Below are positions 19,109 through 28,286 of a DNA stretch of 64,000 nt, piece by piece; within the stretch, counting starts at the first letter, position 1, and each line of letters starts with the position of its first letter. Both the position numbers and the translations under genes were made by a program. The notes beneath the pieces are model-generated. The model had not been told where the DNA came from and did no database searches. It was given only the letters and a program-made list of their open reading frames with translations. Source of the DNA: an uncultured Porphyromonadaceae bacterium (lineage in GTDB: Bacteria; Bacteroidota; Bacteroidia; Bacteroidales; Muribaculaceae); contig UQER01000009.1 in NCBI GenBank assembly GCA_900540205.1, forward strand, positions 132 to 64,131, written 5' to 3'.

Positions 19109-21424
19109 ATGACAAGACATATTCTTATGTCGGCATTCACAGCAATGTCGGCACTTATGGCATATGCAGCTCCTGCAGGCGCCTCGGCCACGCCTTCGGA
19201 TGCAAATATCACAGGCCATGTAATCGACAGTTCCACAGGCGAGCATCTTGCTTACTGCACTGTAAGGATTGACGGTACCTCGATTGCCACACTCACCGAT
19301 GCCTCCGGTCATTACACCATCCGTGACCTTAAGCCTGGAAATTATGAGGTTGTGGCATCGTTCGTGGGCTATAAATCAGTGACACATAAAGTCGATGCCG
19401 AGCGCGACCGTACCATAGAGGTGAATTTTGACCTATCGCCCGACGCTTTCATGCTCGATCAGGTGGTGGTCACTGCGAGCAAGAGCGAACAGAAACGCCG
19501 CAACAGTCCGTCACTTGTGAGTGTCGCCTCGGCCAAGCTGCTCGAACAGGTGAGCGCCTGTTCGCTGGCCGACGGTCTGAGCTTCCAGCCCGGTGTGCGT
19601 GTAGAGAACGATTGCCAGAACTGTGGTTTCACGCAGGTGCGCATCAACGGTCTCGACGGTCATTACTCCCAGATTCTGATGAATTCACGTCCGGTGTTCT
19701 CGGCGCTTGCCGGGGTGTACGGTCTCGAACAGATTCCGGCCAATATGATTGACCGGGTGGAGGTGATGCGCGGCGGCGGTTCGGCCCTGTTCGGCTCCTC
19801 GGCCATAGGCGGCACAATCAACATCATAACCCGCGACCCGGTGGTGAATTATGCCGAAGCCGCCCACAGCCTCACCTCAGTAGGCATCACCGGCAAACTC
19901 GACAACAACACCACGGTGAATGCATCGGTGGTGAACGGCAACAACCGTCTGGGGCTTTTTGTCTACGGGCAGAACCGCGTACGCGACGGTTACGACCACG
20001 ACGGCGACGGTTTCACCGAAATAGCACAGCTTAAAACCCAGACCCTGGGTGCGCGCGCGTTCATGCGTCCGTCCGATGATACACGCCTGACGCTGGAATA
20101 TCACGGCACGCACGAGTACCGCCGTGGTGGCGACAATCTTGACCTGCAGGCCCATCAGGCCATGGTGGCCGAGCAGGTGGACCACAACATCCACGGAGGC
20201 GAGGCGTCGTTCGACCTGTGGTCGCGCAGCCGTGCCGACCATCTCAATGTATTCGCCGCCCTGCAGAACACCAAACGCAACAGTTATTACGGCAGTGAGA
20301 TGGATCCGAACGCCTACGGCACCACCCACGACCTCGTAATCAGTTCAGGCGCCCAATGGACCCACTCGTTCAGCCGCCTGTGGTTCATGCCCTCCGAACT
20401 CATTGCCGGAGTGGAGTACAATCATAACTATCTGCATGATGTCACCCTGAGTTATGACCACAATGTGGTGCAACGCGTCAACATCTACAGCGGTTATCTG
20501 CAGAACGAATGGCGCGACGACCGTTGGGGATTCCTCATCGGCTGCCGCATCGACAAAAACTCACTGATCCGCAATGCAATCCTGTCGCCGCGCGCAAACA
20601 TCCGTTTCAATCCGTCGGATAATTTCAATTTCCGTCTGTCCTACTCCACCGGATTCCGCTCGCCGCAGGCTTATGCCGAGGATTTCCACGTGGCCGTGGT
20701 AGGCGGTGAGCGTCTGGTCACCGTTCTGGCTCCGGGTCTGACACATGAGAAAAGCAACAGTTTCAGCGGTTCGGCCGACATGTATCACCGTTTCGGCAAT
20801 GTGCAGACAAATCTGATGATCGAAGGTTTCTACACCGACCTGCGCGATGTGTTCGCCCTGCGCAAGCTTGACGAACCCGACGATCAGGGCAATGCCGTGC
20901 TCGAGCGTTACAACGGTTCGGGCGCCACGGTGTGGGGCGTGAACGTCGAGGCGAAAGCCTCGTTTCCTGCAAGGGTCGACCTGCAGGCCGGTCTGACATG
21001 GCAGCGGAGCCGCTACAAAACTCCGGAATACTGGAGTGAGAACCCGGCGGTGGCTCCGGAAAAGCGGATGTTCCGCACCCCCGACCTCTATGGGTATCTG
21101 ATGATAAGTTACAACATTACCCGCAGTTTCCGTGCATCGCTCAACGGCACCTACAGCGGTTCGATGCTCGTGCAGCACATGGAGGGATCTGGCACGCCGG
21201 TGGATGTGGCCGAGACAACGCCCGATTTCTTTGACCTCGGATTCAAGCTCAACTACGAGTTCAAGATAATGCACAGCGGATGCATAGACCTGGGCATAGG
21301 CATCTCCAACATCTTCAACAGCTATCAGAAACATTTTGACCAGGGGTATCTGCGTGATTCGGGTTACATCTACGGCCCGATGCTTCCGCGCAGCCTGTCG
21401 GCGTCCGTGCGGTTCCATATCTGA
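19109..21424 (+). CDS. TonB-dependent receptor (carboxypeptidase-regulatory-like domain, then plug, then barrel; non-SusC type)
   Basis: The start is taken at MTRHILMSAF, the signal peptide. NITGHVIDSSTGEHLAYCTVRIDG is CarbopepD_reg-like. DQVVVTASKSE and VEVMRGGGSALFGSSAIGGTINII are plug motifs. The C-terminal ...RFHI ends in an aromatic barrel residue. Confidence 0.8.
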   Translation: MTRHILMSAFTAMSALMAYAAPAGASATPSDANITGHVIDSSTGEHLAYCTVRIDGTSIATLTDASGHYTIRDLKPGNYEVVASFVGYKSVTHKVDAERDRTIEVNFDLSPDAFMLDQVVVTASKSEQKRRNSPSLVSVASAKLLEQVSACSLADGLSFQPGVRVENDCQNCGFTQVRINGLDGHYSQILMNSRPVFSALAGVYGLEQIPANMIDRVEVMRGGGSALFGSSAIGGTINIITRDPVVNYAEAAHSLTSVGITGKLDNNTTVNASVVNGNNRLGLFVYGQNRVRDGYDHDGDGFTEIAQLKTQTLGARAFMRPSDDTRLTLEYHGTHEYRRGGDNLDLQAHQAMVAEQVDHNIHGGEASFDLWSRSRADHLNVFAALQNTKRNSYYGSEMDPNAYGTTHDLVISSGAQWTHSFSRLWFMPSELIAGVEYNHNYLHDVTLSYDHNVVQRVNIYSGYLQNEWRDDRWGFLIGCRIDKNSLIRNAILSPRANIRFNPSDNFNFRLSYSTGFRSPQAYAEDFHVAVVGGERLVTVLAPGLTHEKSNSFSGSADMYHRFGNVQTNLMIEGFYTDLRDVFALRKLDEPDDQGNAVLERYNGSGATVWGVNVEAKASFPARVDLQAGLTWQRSRYKTPEYWSENPAVAPEKRMFRTPDLYGYLMISYNITRSFRASLNGTYSGSMLVQHMEGSGTPVDVAETTPDFFDLGFKLNYEFKIMHSGCIDLGIGISNIFNSYQKHFDQGYLRDSGYIYGPMLPRSLSASVRFHI

Positions 21425-21532
21425 TTTTTGATTTGAATTTTCCTGTGCAAATCGCGCGGATTTAGCGTAAATTGTGCTAAATTTGGATTTCAAACAAATA
21501 AGTAGCTGTAAAACATTAAACCAGCCTGTCGC

Positions 21533-21871
21533 ATGTCGGTAAATAAAGTGATACTTGTGGGAAATGTGGGGAGGAATCCGGAGATAAAATATGTCGGGAG
21601 CCGTCCGTATGCCACCTTCTCGCTTGCCACGTCCGACCCCGCCTATACCACAGCACAGGGTGTGCAGGTGCCCGAACGCACCGAATGGCACAACATAGTG
21701 ATGTGGGACCGCCATGCCGAGACGGCTGAACGCTACATCACAAAAGGCACAAAGCTATATATCGAAGGGAAATTGCGCACGCGGGCATGGCAGGACGCCA
21801 ATGCCATAAAGCGGTCGGTTACGGAGATTGTGGTCGACACGTTCGACATCCTCTCCCGTCCGCAGCAATGA
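21533..21871 (+). CDS. ssb: Single-stranded DNA-binding protein (short form without an acidic tail)
   Basis: 112 aa OB fold with VILVGNVGRNPEIKY and WHNIVMWDRHAETAERYITKGTKLYIEGKLRTRAW. There is no C-terminal D/E/IPF tail. Confidence 0.8.
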   Translation: MSVNKVILVGNVGRNPEIKYVGSRPYATFSLATSDPAYTTAQGVQVPERTEWHNIVMWDRHAETAERYITKGTKLYIEGKLRTRAWQDANAIKRSVTEIVVDTFDILSRPQQ

Positions 21872-21940
21872 TGCCGCCCGTACCGCAGCCGCAACACAGC
21901 ATGTTGCCGAAAAATGACAATAAATTTATAAATTCACGAT

Positions 21941-23944
21941 ATGGAAAAAAGTAAAACCGCTATGCCGCCCGCACCCGAGGCGGAGGGATTCGCCAACGAT
22001 GTGGATCCTGTGGAACTGCCCGAAAACGCGTTCCGCGAACTCGGCGCCGATGAGCAATACCGCCCGCTGATGCATCCGGCGCGCCAGTACCGTGAGGTCA
22101 CGGTCTATTCCGTGCTGATGGGTCTGGTGCTCTGCGTCATCTTCAGCGCCGCGGCTGCCTATCTCGGGCTTAAGGTTGGGCAGGTGTTCGAGGCCGCCAT
22201 CCCCATCTCTATCATTGCAGTGGGTCTGTCGAGCGCCCTGAACAAGAAGAATGCCCTCGGGCAGAATGTAATCATACAGAGCATCGGAGCATGCTCTGGC
22301 GTGATTGTGGCGGGAGCCATTTTCACACTTCCGGCTCTCTACATCCTTCAGGCCAAGTATCCCGAGATTTCGGTGAACTTCTTCCAGATATTCCTCAGCT
22401 CTCTGCTCGGCGGTGTGCTCGGAATCCTGTTCTTCATCCCCTTCCGAAAATATTTCGTGAAGGACATGCACGGCAAATACCCCTTCCCGGAGGCTACCGC
22501 CACCACTCAGGTACTCGCAAGCGGACAGACCGCCGGAGCTGCCGGCGGCTCACAGGCCAAGACTCTCGTCATAGCCTCGCTGATCGGTGGTATATACGAC
22601 TATGTAGTTGAGATCTTCGGCTTCTGGGCCGGAACGCTCACAACCACGGTCGGGAGCTGGGGTGAAGCCATTGCCGCAAAGACAAAGCTTGTGCTGAGCT
22701 GCAACACAGGAGCCGCCGTGCTCGGTCTGGGCTACATCATCGGCTTGCGTTACGCCTTCATCATCTGCGCCGGTTCGTTCTTTGTGTGGTGGGTGATTAT
22801 CCCCCTGATGGGAACATACGGCAATGCAGAGATTGCGGCCATGAGCTCCAACGAGATTTTCAGCAATTATGCCCGCATGATCGGTATCGGCGGTATCGCC
22901 ATGGCCGGTGTCATCGGCATCGTCAAGTCGTGGCCCATCATCCGTCAGGCAGTCGGGCTTGCAGGCCGTGAGTTCAAGGGTGGTGCGGCAGCAGCCGAAC
23001 GTCCGCAGCGCTGGCAGTGGGACATATCGATGAAGCACATAGTGTTCTTCATCGGTTTGGCCCTTGTTGCCGTGTTGCTGTTCTTCCGTTTCGGTGTCAT
23101 CGACAGCTGGTGGCAGGCCATCATCGCATGGGTGGTGGTTACCCTTATCGCCTTCCTGTTCACCACCGTTGCGGCCAATGCCATCGCCATAGTGGGTTCA
23201 AATCCTGTTTCGGGCATGACGCTCATGACCCTTATCATAGCATCGGCCATCTTCGTGGCCATCGGTCTTAACGGAACTTCCGGCATTGTGGCCTCGATGG
23301 TTATCGGAGGTGTGGTTTGCACCGCACTCTCGATGGCCGGCGGCTTCGTCACCGACCTCAAGGTTGGATACTGGCTTGGCTCGACCCCACGCCGTCAGGA
23401 ACAGTGGAAATTCCTCGGTACACTGGTGTCGGCAGCCACCGTCGGCGGTGTGATTCTGGTGCTCAACCAGGTGTACGGCTTCTCGGGTGAGAATGCCCTT
23501 GTGGCACCTCAGGCCAACGCCATGGCCAAGGTCATCGAGCCGCTAATGATGGGTGGCGACACCCCCTGGATTCTTTACATGACCGGCGTTGTTCTCGCTC
23601 TGCTGCTCAACTGGCTCGGCGTTCCGGCCTTGGCATTCTGCCTGGGTATGTTCATACCCCTGTCGCTCAATACACCGCTCCTTGTAGGCGGTGCCGTGGC
23701 ATGGTTCGTGGGTAACAGCTCTAAGGACAAGAAAGTGAACGAGGCACGCCGCGACCGTGGCACACTCATCTCCTCCGGCCTCATTGCCGGGGGCGCCCTG
23801 TTCGGTGTGTTTGCCGCCCTTACCCGCTTCTTCGGCTATGAATATGTATGTGGAGTGTCGGCCGGCATGTTGCAGGTCTATGGCCTCATCGCTTATGCGC
23901 TCCTCATAGCCTACCTCTGGTGGTCCTCCCTCCGCGCCAAATAA
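21941..23944 (+). CDS. OPT-family oligopeptide transporter
   Basis: 667 aa, polytopic, with an OPT-like N-terminus and organisation. Confidence 0.75.
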   Translation: MEKSKTAMPPAPEAEGFANDVDPVELPENAFRELGADEQYRPLMHPARQYREVTVYSVLMGLVLCVIFSAAAAYLGLKVGQVFEAAIPISIIAVGLSSALNKKNALGQNVIIQSIGACSGVIVAGAIFTLPALYILQAKYPEISVNFFQIFLSSLLGGVLGILFFIPFRKYFVKDMHGKYPFPEATATTQVLASGQTAGAAGGSQAKTLVIASLIGGIYDYVVEIFGFWAGTLTTTVGSWGEAIAAKTKLVLSCNTGAAVLGLGYIIGLRYAFIICAGSFFVWWVIIPLMGTYGNAEIAAMSSNEIFSNYARMIGIGGIAMAGVIGIVKSWPIIRQAVGLAGREFKGGAAAAERPQRWQWDISMKHIVFFIGLALVAVLLFFRFGVIDSWWQAIIAWVVVTLIAFLFTTVAANAIAIVGSNPVSGMTLMTLIIASAIFVAIGLNGTSGIVASMVIGGVVCTALSMAGGFVTDLKVGYWLGSTPRRQEQWKFLGTLVSAATVGGVILVLNQVYGFSGENALVAPQANAMAKVIEPLMMGGDTPWILYMTGVVLALLLNWLGVPALAFCLGMFIPLSLNTPLLVGGAVAWFVGNSSKDKKVNEARRDRGTLISSGLIAGGALFGVFAALTRFFGYEYVCGVSAGMLQVYGLIAYALLIAYLWWSSLRAK

Positions 23945-23955
23945 TCCCCTCGCCA
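23860..23955. repeat. Left copy of a ~96-bp imperfect direct repeat (3' end of the OPT gene); candidate attL
   Basis: ...catgttgcaggtctatggcctcatcgcttatgcgctcctcatagcctacctctggtggtcctccctccgcgccaaataatcccctc recurs at 29000-29095 with about 5 mismatches. Confidence 0.7.
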
Positions 23956-24037
23956 CCCTTCGGTAGCAGATTATTTGCCGCCCTCCGGACGCAAAAACTT
24001 CGCTACCAACAGACTGCATTGTCTGCACCCCATAAAA

Positions 24038-24080
24038 CCCACAGGGCTGATTCTTCACTTGCGAGAATCAGCCCTGTGGG
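24038..24080. terminator. Hairpin cccacagggctgattct / agaatcagccctgtggg (left copy)
   Basis: 17-bp stem with a 9-nt loop downstream of the OPT gene. The same stem with a different loop recurs at 29158-29198. Confidence 0.55.
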
Positions 24081-24172
24081 TCTGTTATTATGCCATAATA
24101 TTAATGGTTTGTGTCACATCATTATATCGGACAATCGTTGGTTTTGTCTGAATAAATTCCTGTAGAATCAGA

Positions 24173-26569
24173 TTAATTAATATGATGGAGAGTCAAGGAC
24201 GGTTGGAAGAGAGTTCCAGCAATCCTTGATTTGGATTCACTTATTTGCATTATGGGCATAATGTCAAGATTCGGAACGTCAGGCAACTTTGTTCTGGAGA
24301 TTCGTGCCCCGTTCGGCTGCTGATATGATACGGCTTGCTCAACTTCTGCCGGGAAATGGATTCTGCATGGTTGTTTTGCTGAATATAGATCAGACCCTAT
24401 CCATATTGTCGGACAAAGAATTTCTACGATATTATTGGCAAATGTGGATTGGGCGTATTGGCTGTTTGCCATGGCATCGATAATGTCCTGTATGGAAGCG
24501 TCAGGATATTCTGCAAGCATTTCTCCTTCTATATTGCTGATAATTAATTCTTTGTTGATTGGGCTTGGTGTAAAACCGGAACGTTGTGGCGTTACAAATA
24601 CATACCCATCATAGATGTGGAACTGTATCAGAGCCATGTCTGCGAGGGCTCCTGTTGTGTTCTGCTCAGCATAGGGGCATGCGGTCTGTTTCGACCACGG
24701 TTTATCGATGGCATAAAGTGTCGGATCGGTTCTGGATTGATAAAGGTCTACATTCCAGGAATTGTCTGCAGCTGCTGCCGGCGCTCCTTCCTCCAGCACG
24801 CCGGCTATCCAACCGTCTTCGAAGAGAGTCTGGCCGAGATATGTCCATTTGTCAGGAGAAAAGTCCTTGATGTATAGATTGTCGGAGGCAGATCCGATAA
24901 CATTGCCGTCAGTGTCAAAAAGCACAGATACCACTCTCAAATCGCCTGAGAGAGAAGTGTTGAGAATGAAGGAGCCTTCCCGGGAGTTATTGCAGGATAC
25001 AGGCGTAATCTGTCCGGAGTTTTCCACTATGTAATCAACTGCACTCTCAACACTCAGCTCCGTGACAATGGATTTTATATTGTCAGCCTTGTGTCTGGCC
25101 TGAGTGTACTTCACAATGACATCTTTGGTTCCATCGCCTTTGTCTGCAATTTCGGTTACTTTTGTTGTAATGGGTGCGACATAAGGTTTGTCAAACTCAG
25201 GACCTTCATGTACGAAATACTCGTTGCCAACGATGTAATATCGACCTGGAATCTCTTTGGGGTAATATATCACATGGAGTTTCATTACTCCGTTTTCAGG
25301 CGAATAATAACTCGGCTCGGTGGGAATCTGACGGATATTCTCGGAAAACCAGTCTGTTGTGGCAACACAAAGCGTATTTCCGTCACCTACATCAGTTGTC
25401 ATCTCCGTTTCAGGGATATATACATCTATATTGTTGTCGGCATTGCGGTTGTAAATATTGTCGGCTGTGACAACGATTGCGTCCGGTGCGCCTATAGTTA
25501 TGCGGTAAGTTGCACCCATTACTCCCTCTGAAGGATTGTATCTTACGGACAGGTCAGCAGGGTAATCACCGGCATAGAGAATGCTATGCAGTTCTCCTGA
25601 CGTTACTTCTGATTCTAATCCGGAGAACTCGTATATGGTGAAATAATTTGAGGAAACGGCAGTTGCGTCACCGATTATATTTCCCTCGAAATCATATGCC
25701 TTATATACTATCATTACGCCGCAATGCTCCGCATCCGGTTCAACCGTGAAAATGGTGGCTGGATTATCGGAAATAGAAAATCTGGTGCCACCTTCGCTGT
25801 TGAGCTTTTCTGTGAGACGGGTTTGAAGATTGTCATCATATCCGGCAACGGCATCCCAGCAGGCCTCGATATGATCCACAATACCATCGTATGTAGAAGC
25901 CTGAATGTTTGCGGAAAATTTATTGTTGTCGGTTGTGATTTCATACTTGAAGTTAACCGGGGCATAATAAGGTGCCGTAATGTATTCAACTGCGGCTGAA
26001 CTGAATGTCTTGCCGTCTTGATAATCAGGGGCGTAATACACCACATCAAGACGCATCAGATAGTATGAGTCGTAATACGACAGCTTTCTGGCCACGTATT
26101 CCTGGCCAAGCACATCGGCATTGTAGTGATCGGCGTCTGCAATCCATATCTCGCCGTACTCCGGGTGATGGTAGCCGGTTGACTGGCATGGAATTTCCAG
26201 GTTAACCCCGGCGTATGTCTGGACACCTCGTAGAGTAATGGATCTGCATCCGTTGCCCCAGCCTGAGATGACAATCGTGTGGTCTGTAGGATTGTTGGCC
26301 ACATATCGGTCCGTCACTTTGACATTGTGGTCAATATTTGTGAATAACGACTTATGGTACCACCGGGCATTGTCCCAGAGGTTTTCGGTCAGATAATTGT
26401 CAACGGGTGTTTCGGGGATTTCCTCAAGTTGGAGAAAACTGAATTCATCCACAGCGTCGGTATCGATATATCTCACAGTGCCATCCTTCATCTCTACCTT
26501 CATAATGATGGTCTGTGCACAGACCATCAGCACGGTCAAAGACAGCAGTGACAATAGAAGTTTTTTCAT
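24173..26569 (-). CDS. Hypothetical secreted 798-aa protein (islet gene 3)
   Basis: Signal peptide MKKLLLSLLSLTVLMVCAQ. No recognisable catalytic or sorting motif. Low GC. The N-terminal module IIMKVEMKDGTVRYIDTDAVDEFSF is shared with the other two islet proteins. Confidence 0.7.
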   Translation of the reverse strand: MKKLLLSLLSLTVLMVCAQTIIMKVEMKDGTVRYIDTDAVDEFSFLQLEEIPETPVDNYLTENLWDNARWYHKSLFTNIDHNVKVTDRYVANNPTDHTIVISGWGNGCRSITLRGVQTYAGVNLEIPCQSTGYHHPEYGEIWIADADHYNADVLGQEYVARKLSYYDSYYLMRLDVVYYAPDYQDGKTFSSAAVEYITAPYYAPVNFKYEITTDNNKFSANIQASTYDGIVDHIEACWDAVAGYDDNLQTRLTEKLNSEGGTRFSISDNPATIFTVEPDAEHCGVMIVYKAYDFEGNIIGDATAVSSNYFTIYEFSGLESEVTSGELHSILYAGDYPADLSVRYNPSEGVMGATYRITIGAPDAIVVTADNIYNRNADNNIDVYIPETEMTTDVGDGNTLCVATTDWFSENIRQIPTEPSYYSPENGVMKLHVIYYPKEIPGRYYIVGNEYFVHEGPEFDKPYVAPITTKVTEIADKGDGTKDVIVKYTQARHKADNIKSIVTELSVESAVDYIVENSGQITPVSCNNSREGSFILNTSLSGDLRVVSVLFDTDGNVIGSASDNLYIKDFSPDKWTYLGQTLFEDGWIAGVLEEGAPAAAADNSWNVDLYQSRTDPTLYAIDKPWSKQTACPYAEQNTTGALADMALIQFHIYDGYVFVTPQRSGFTPSPINKELIISNIEGEMLAEYPDASIQDIIDAMANSQYAQSTFANNIVEILCPTIWIGSDLYSAKQPCRIHFPAEVEQAVSYQQPNGARISRTKLPDVPNLDIMPIMQISESKSRIAGTLFQPSLTLHHIN

Positions 26570-26604
26570 ATTAAAAATGTGTTGAGTAGTGAAGAAGGTG
26601 TTTG

Positions 26605-28248
26605 TTATTCGTTCCAGTTGCCGGCCGGCCCATAAACCGGGAGTGCAGATTCTTGTTCATAGTCGAAGCCTTCCACTTGGGGAGCGACTTTAGGATAACG
26701 GCAGAGCATGAACTTGGAATTGCCACGGATACGCAGGATATAACGGTCAGGTACAGCCTCATCGCCGAAGCGGTCCATGTCGAGCTGCAGGCGCAGTTTG
26801 TCAAAGTACACAAGGCCCTCGCCCCAGAACTCGGCACGACGCTGCCAGATGATTTCGTTCTGGAGCGTCTTGGCATCGGTGGCTTGGCAAGAATAGCCCG
26901 GATTACGATAAGTGGCAACAAAATCGGTAAGAACATTGCGTGCCTCATCAACATTTCCAGACATGGCCAGACCTTCTGCCCGGATGAGATACATCTCCTC
27001 TATTCGCATCAAAGGGATATCGGATGCAGGAACCGGATGCACCACCCGCCCCTGATAGTTGTCGAATTTAACGTTGAGATATGGCATACGGGGAGTCTCG
27101 TAAGACAAATTGACAACCTTCTGTTGGGCCGGAGTGAGGTTCTTGTTTTTACCGGATTCATCGGTAAACCACATGCGCCGCACATCATTGCCTTGCGCCT
27201 CAAGATACTGATGGAGCGCTTTTCCGCAGCATTTGGGCACGGCGAAATTGCAGTATCCTCCATCGAATATCGAACAGATCTGCGAGGTAAAATTACAAAC
27301 ATTATTTTTGGTGGATGCATCGTCGGGATTAATGGTAATAGCCCACATCCAGTTGCCGAGCTTTGCATCGTTGAAACCTGGATAGGCAGCGGCAGCAGGC
27401 AGAAGCGGGCGCCCTGAGGATGCCTCTATCGCCATGGAGGCATCAGCTGCAGCGTCGGCGTAGCGGTGCATCGTCAGCTTGTAGCGGGCACGAAGGCCAT
27501 AGGCCGCCCCCAGGTTGATATACCGCTTTGCCACGGTCACGTTGATGTGCGCGGGATCCATGGATATCTCCTTCAGATTGTCTATTGCAAGATTGATGTC
27601 GGCCAAAATGGCGGAATACACATCTTCAACCGTTGAAAGCGGATATGTGCCGTCGCGTCCGGAGTTTTCCGGAAGAATGACTATCCCCGGGGCTTGCGGC
27701 GCAAAATGGTAGTTGGGGGCATACATCTGCACCAGATTCCAATATGCCCATGAACGTAGGGCATGTGCCTGAGCCAAAAGCAGACGGCTTTCTTCTGACG
27801 AGGCGGCGTGGTTGCTGATTATCGAATTGCAGCCGTGAATAGTGGAGTACATCATGGCCCACATATAGCCTGTCGGATGATATAGCGGTGACTGGGTATT
27901 GAATATGCACCATTCTCTAAACCAATTGTAGCCGCTGTCGGGGACGTTCATATCCTCTGTCATACAGTCGAGCCCTATCAGGATGCCTCCGTAGCCGATG
28001 GCGAAATGGCCATTGTAAAACGTGAGAATTTCTTTCAGAAAATCGAAGCGTTCATTGACTAACGTGTAAAGCTCGCTGCCGGTATCCACGCCGCGTGCAA
28101 ACGAGATTCGGGCGATGTCGTCGGCAGGTATGTAGTCAACGATTCCATCGTTGTATTGTATCCGGACAACTTCGCGGGGATCTGCCTGGGCGAAAATACC
28201 TGCGGTCAGTGCGATGGCCGTTGTAATTGTTTTAAATGTATTGTTCAT
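26605..28248 (-). CDS. SusD/RagB-fold protein that is not a lipoprotein and has no adjacent SusC (islet gene 2)
   Basis: 547 aa. The C-terminal IIWQRRAEFWGEGLVYFDKLRL matches the SusD_RagB signature (ERRxELafEGxRwxDLrR). The signal peptide ends AQA with no Cys lipobox. The N-terminal extra module is VVRIQYNDGIVDYIPADDIARISF. Confidence 0.65.
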   Translation of the reverse strand: MNNTFKTITTAIALTAGIFAQADPREVVRIQYNDGIVDYIPADDIARISFARGVDTGSELYTLVNERFDFLKEILTFYNGHFAIGYGGILIGLDCMTEDMNVPDSGYNWFREWCIFNTQSPLYHPTGYMWAMMYSTIHGCNSIISNHAASSEESRLLLAQAHALRSWAYWNLVQMYAPNYHFAPQAPGIVILPENSGRDGTYPLSTVEDVYSAILADINLAIDNLKEISMDPAHINVTVAKRYINLGAAYGLRARYKLTMHRYADAAADASMAIEASSGRPLLPAAAAYPGFNDAKLGNWMWAITINPDDASTKNNVCNFTSQICSIFDGGYCNFAVPKCCGKALHQYLEAQGNDVRRMWFTDESGKNKNLTPAQQKVVNLSYETPRMPYLNVKFDNYQGRVVHPVPASDIPLMRIEEMYLIRAEGLAMSGNVDEARNVLTDFVATYRNPGYSCQATDAKTLQNEIIWQRRAEFWGEGLVYFDKLRLQLDMDRFGDEAVPDRYILRIRGNSKFMLCRYPKVAPQVEGFDYEQESALPVYGPAGNWNE

Positions 28249-28286
28249 AAGTATAATCTAAATCATTAAAAAACCTGTGTGTCTGT

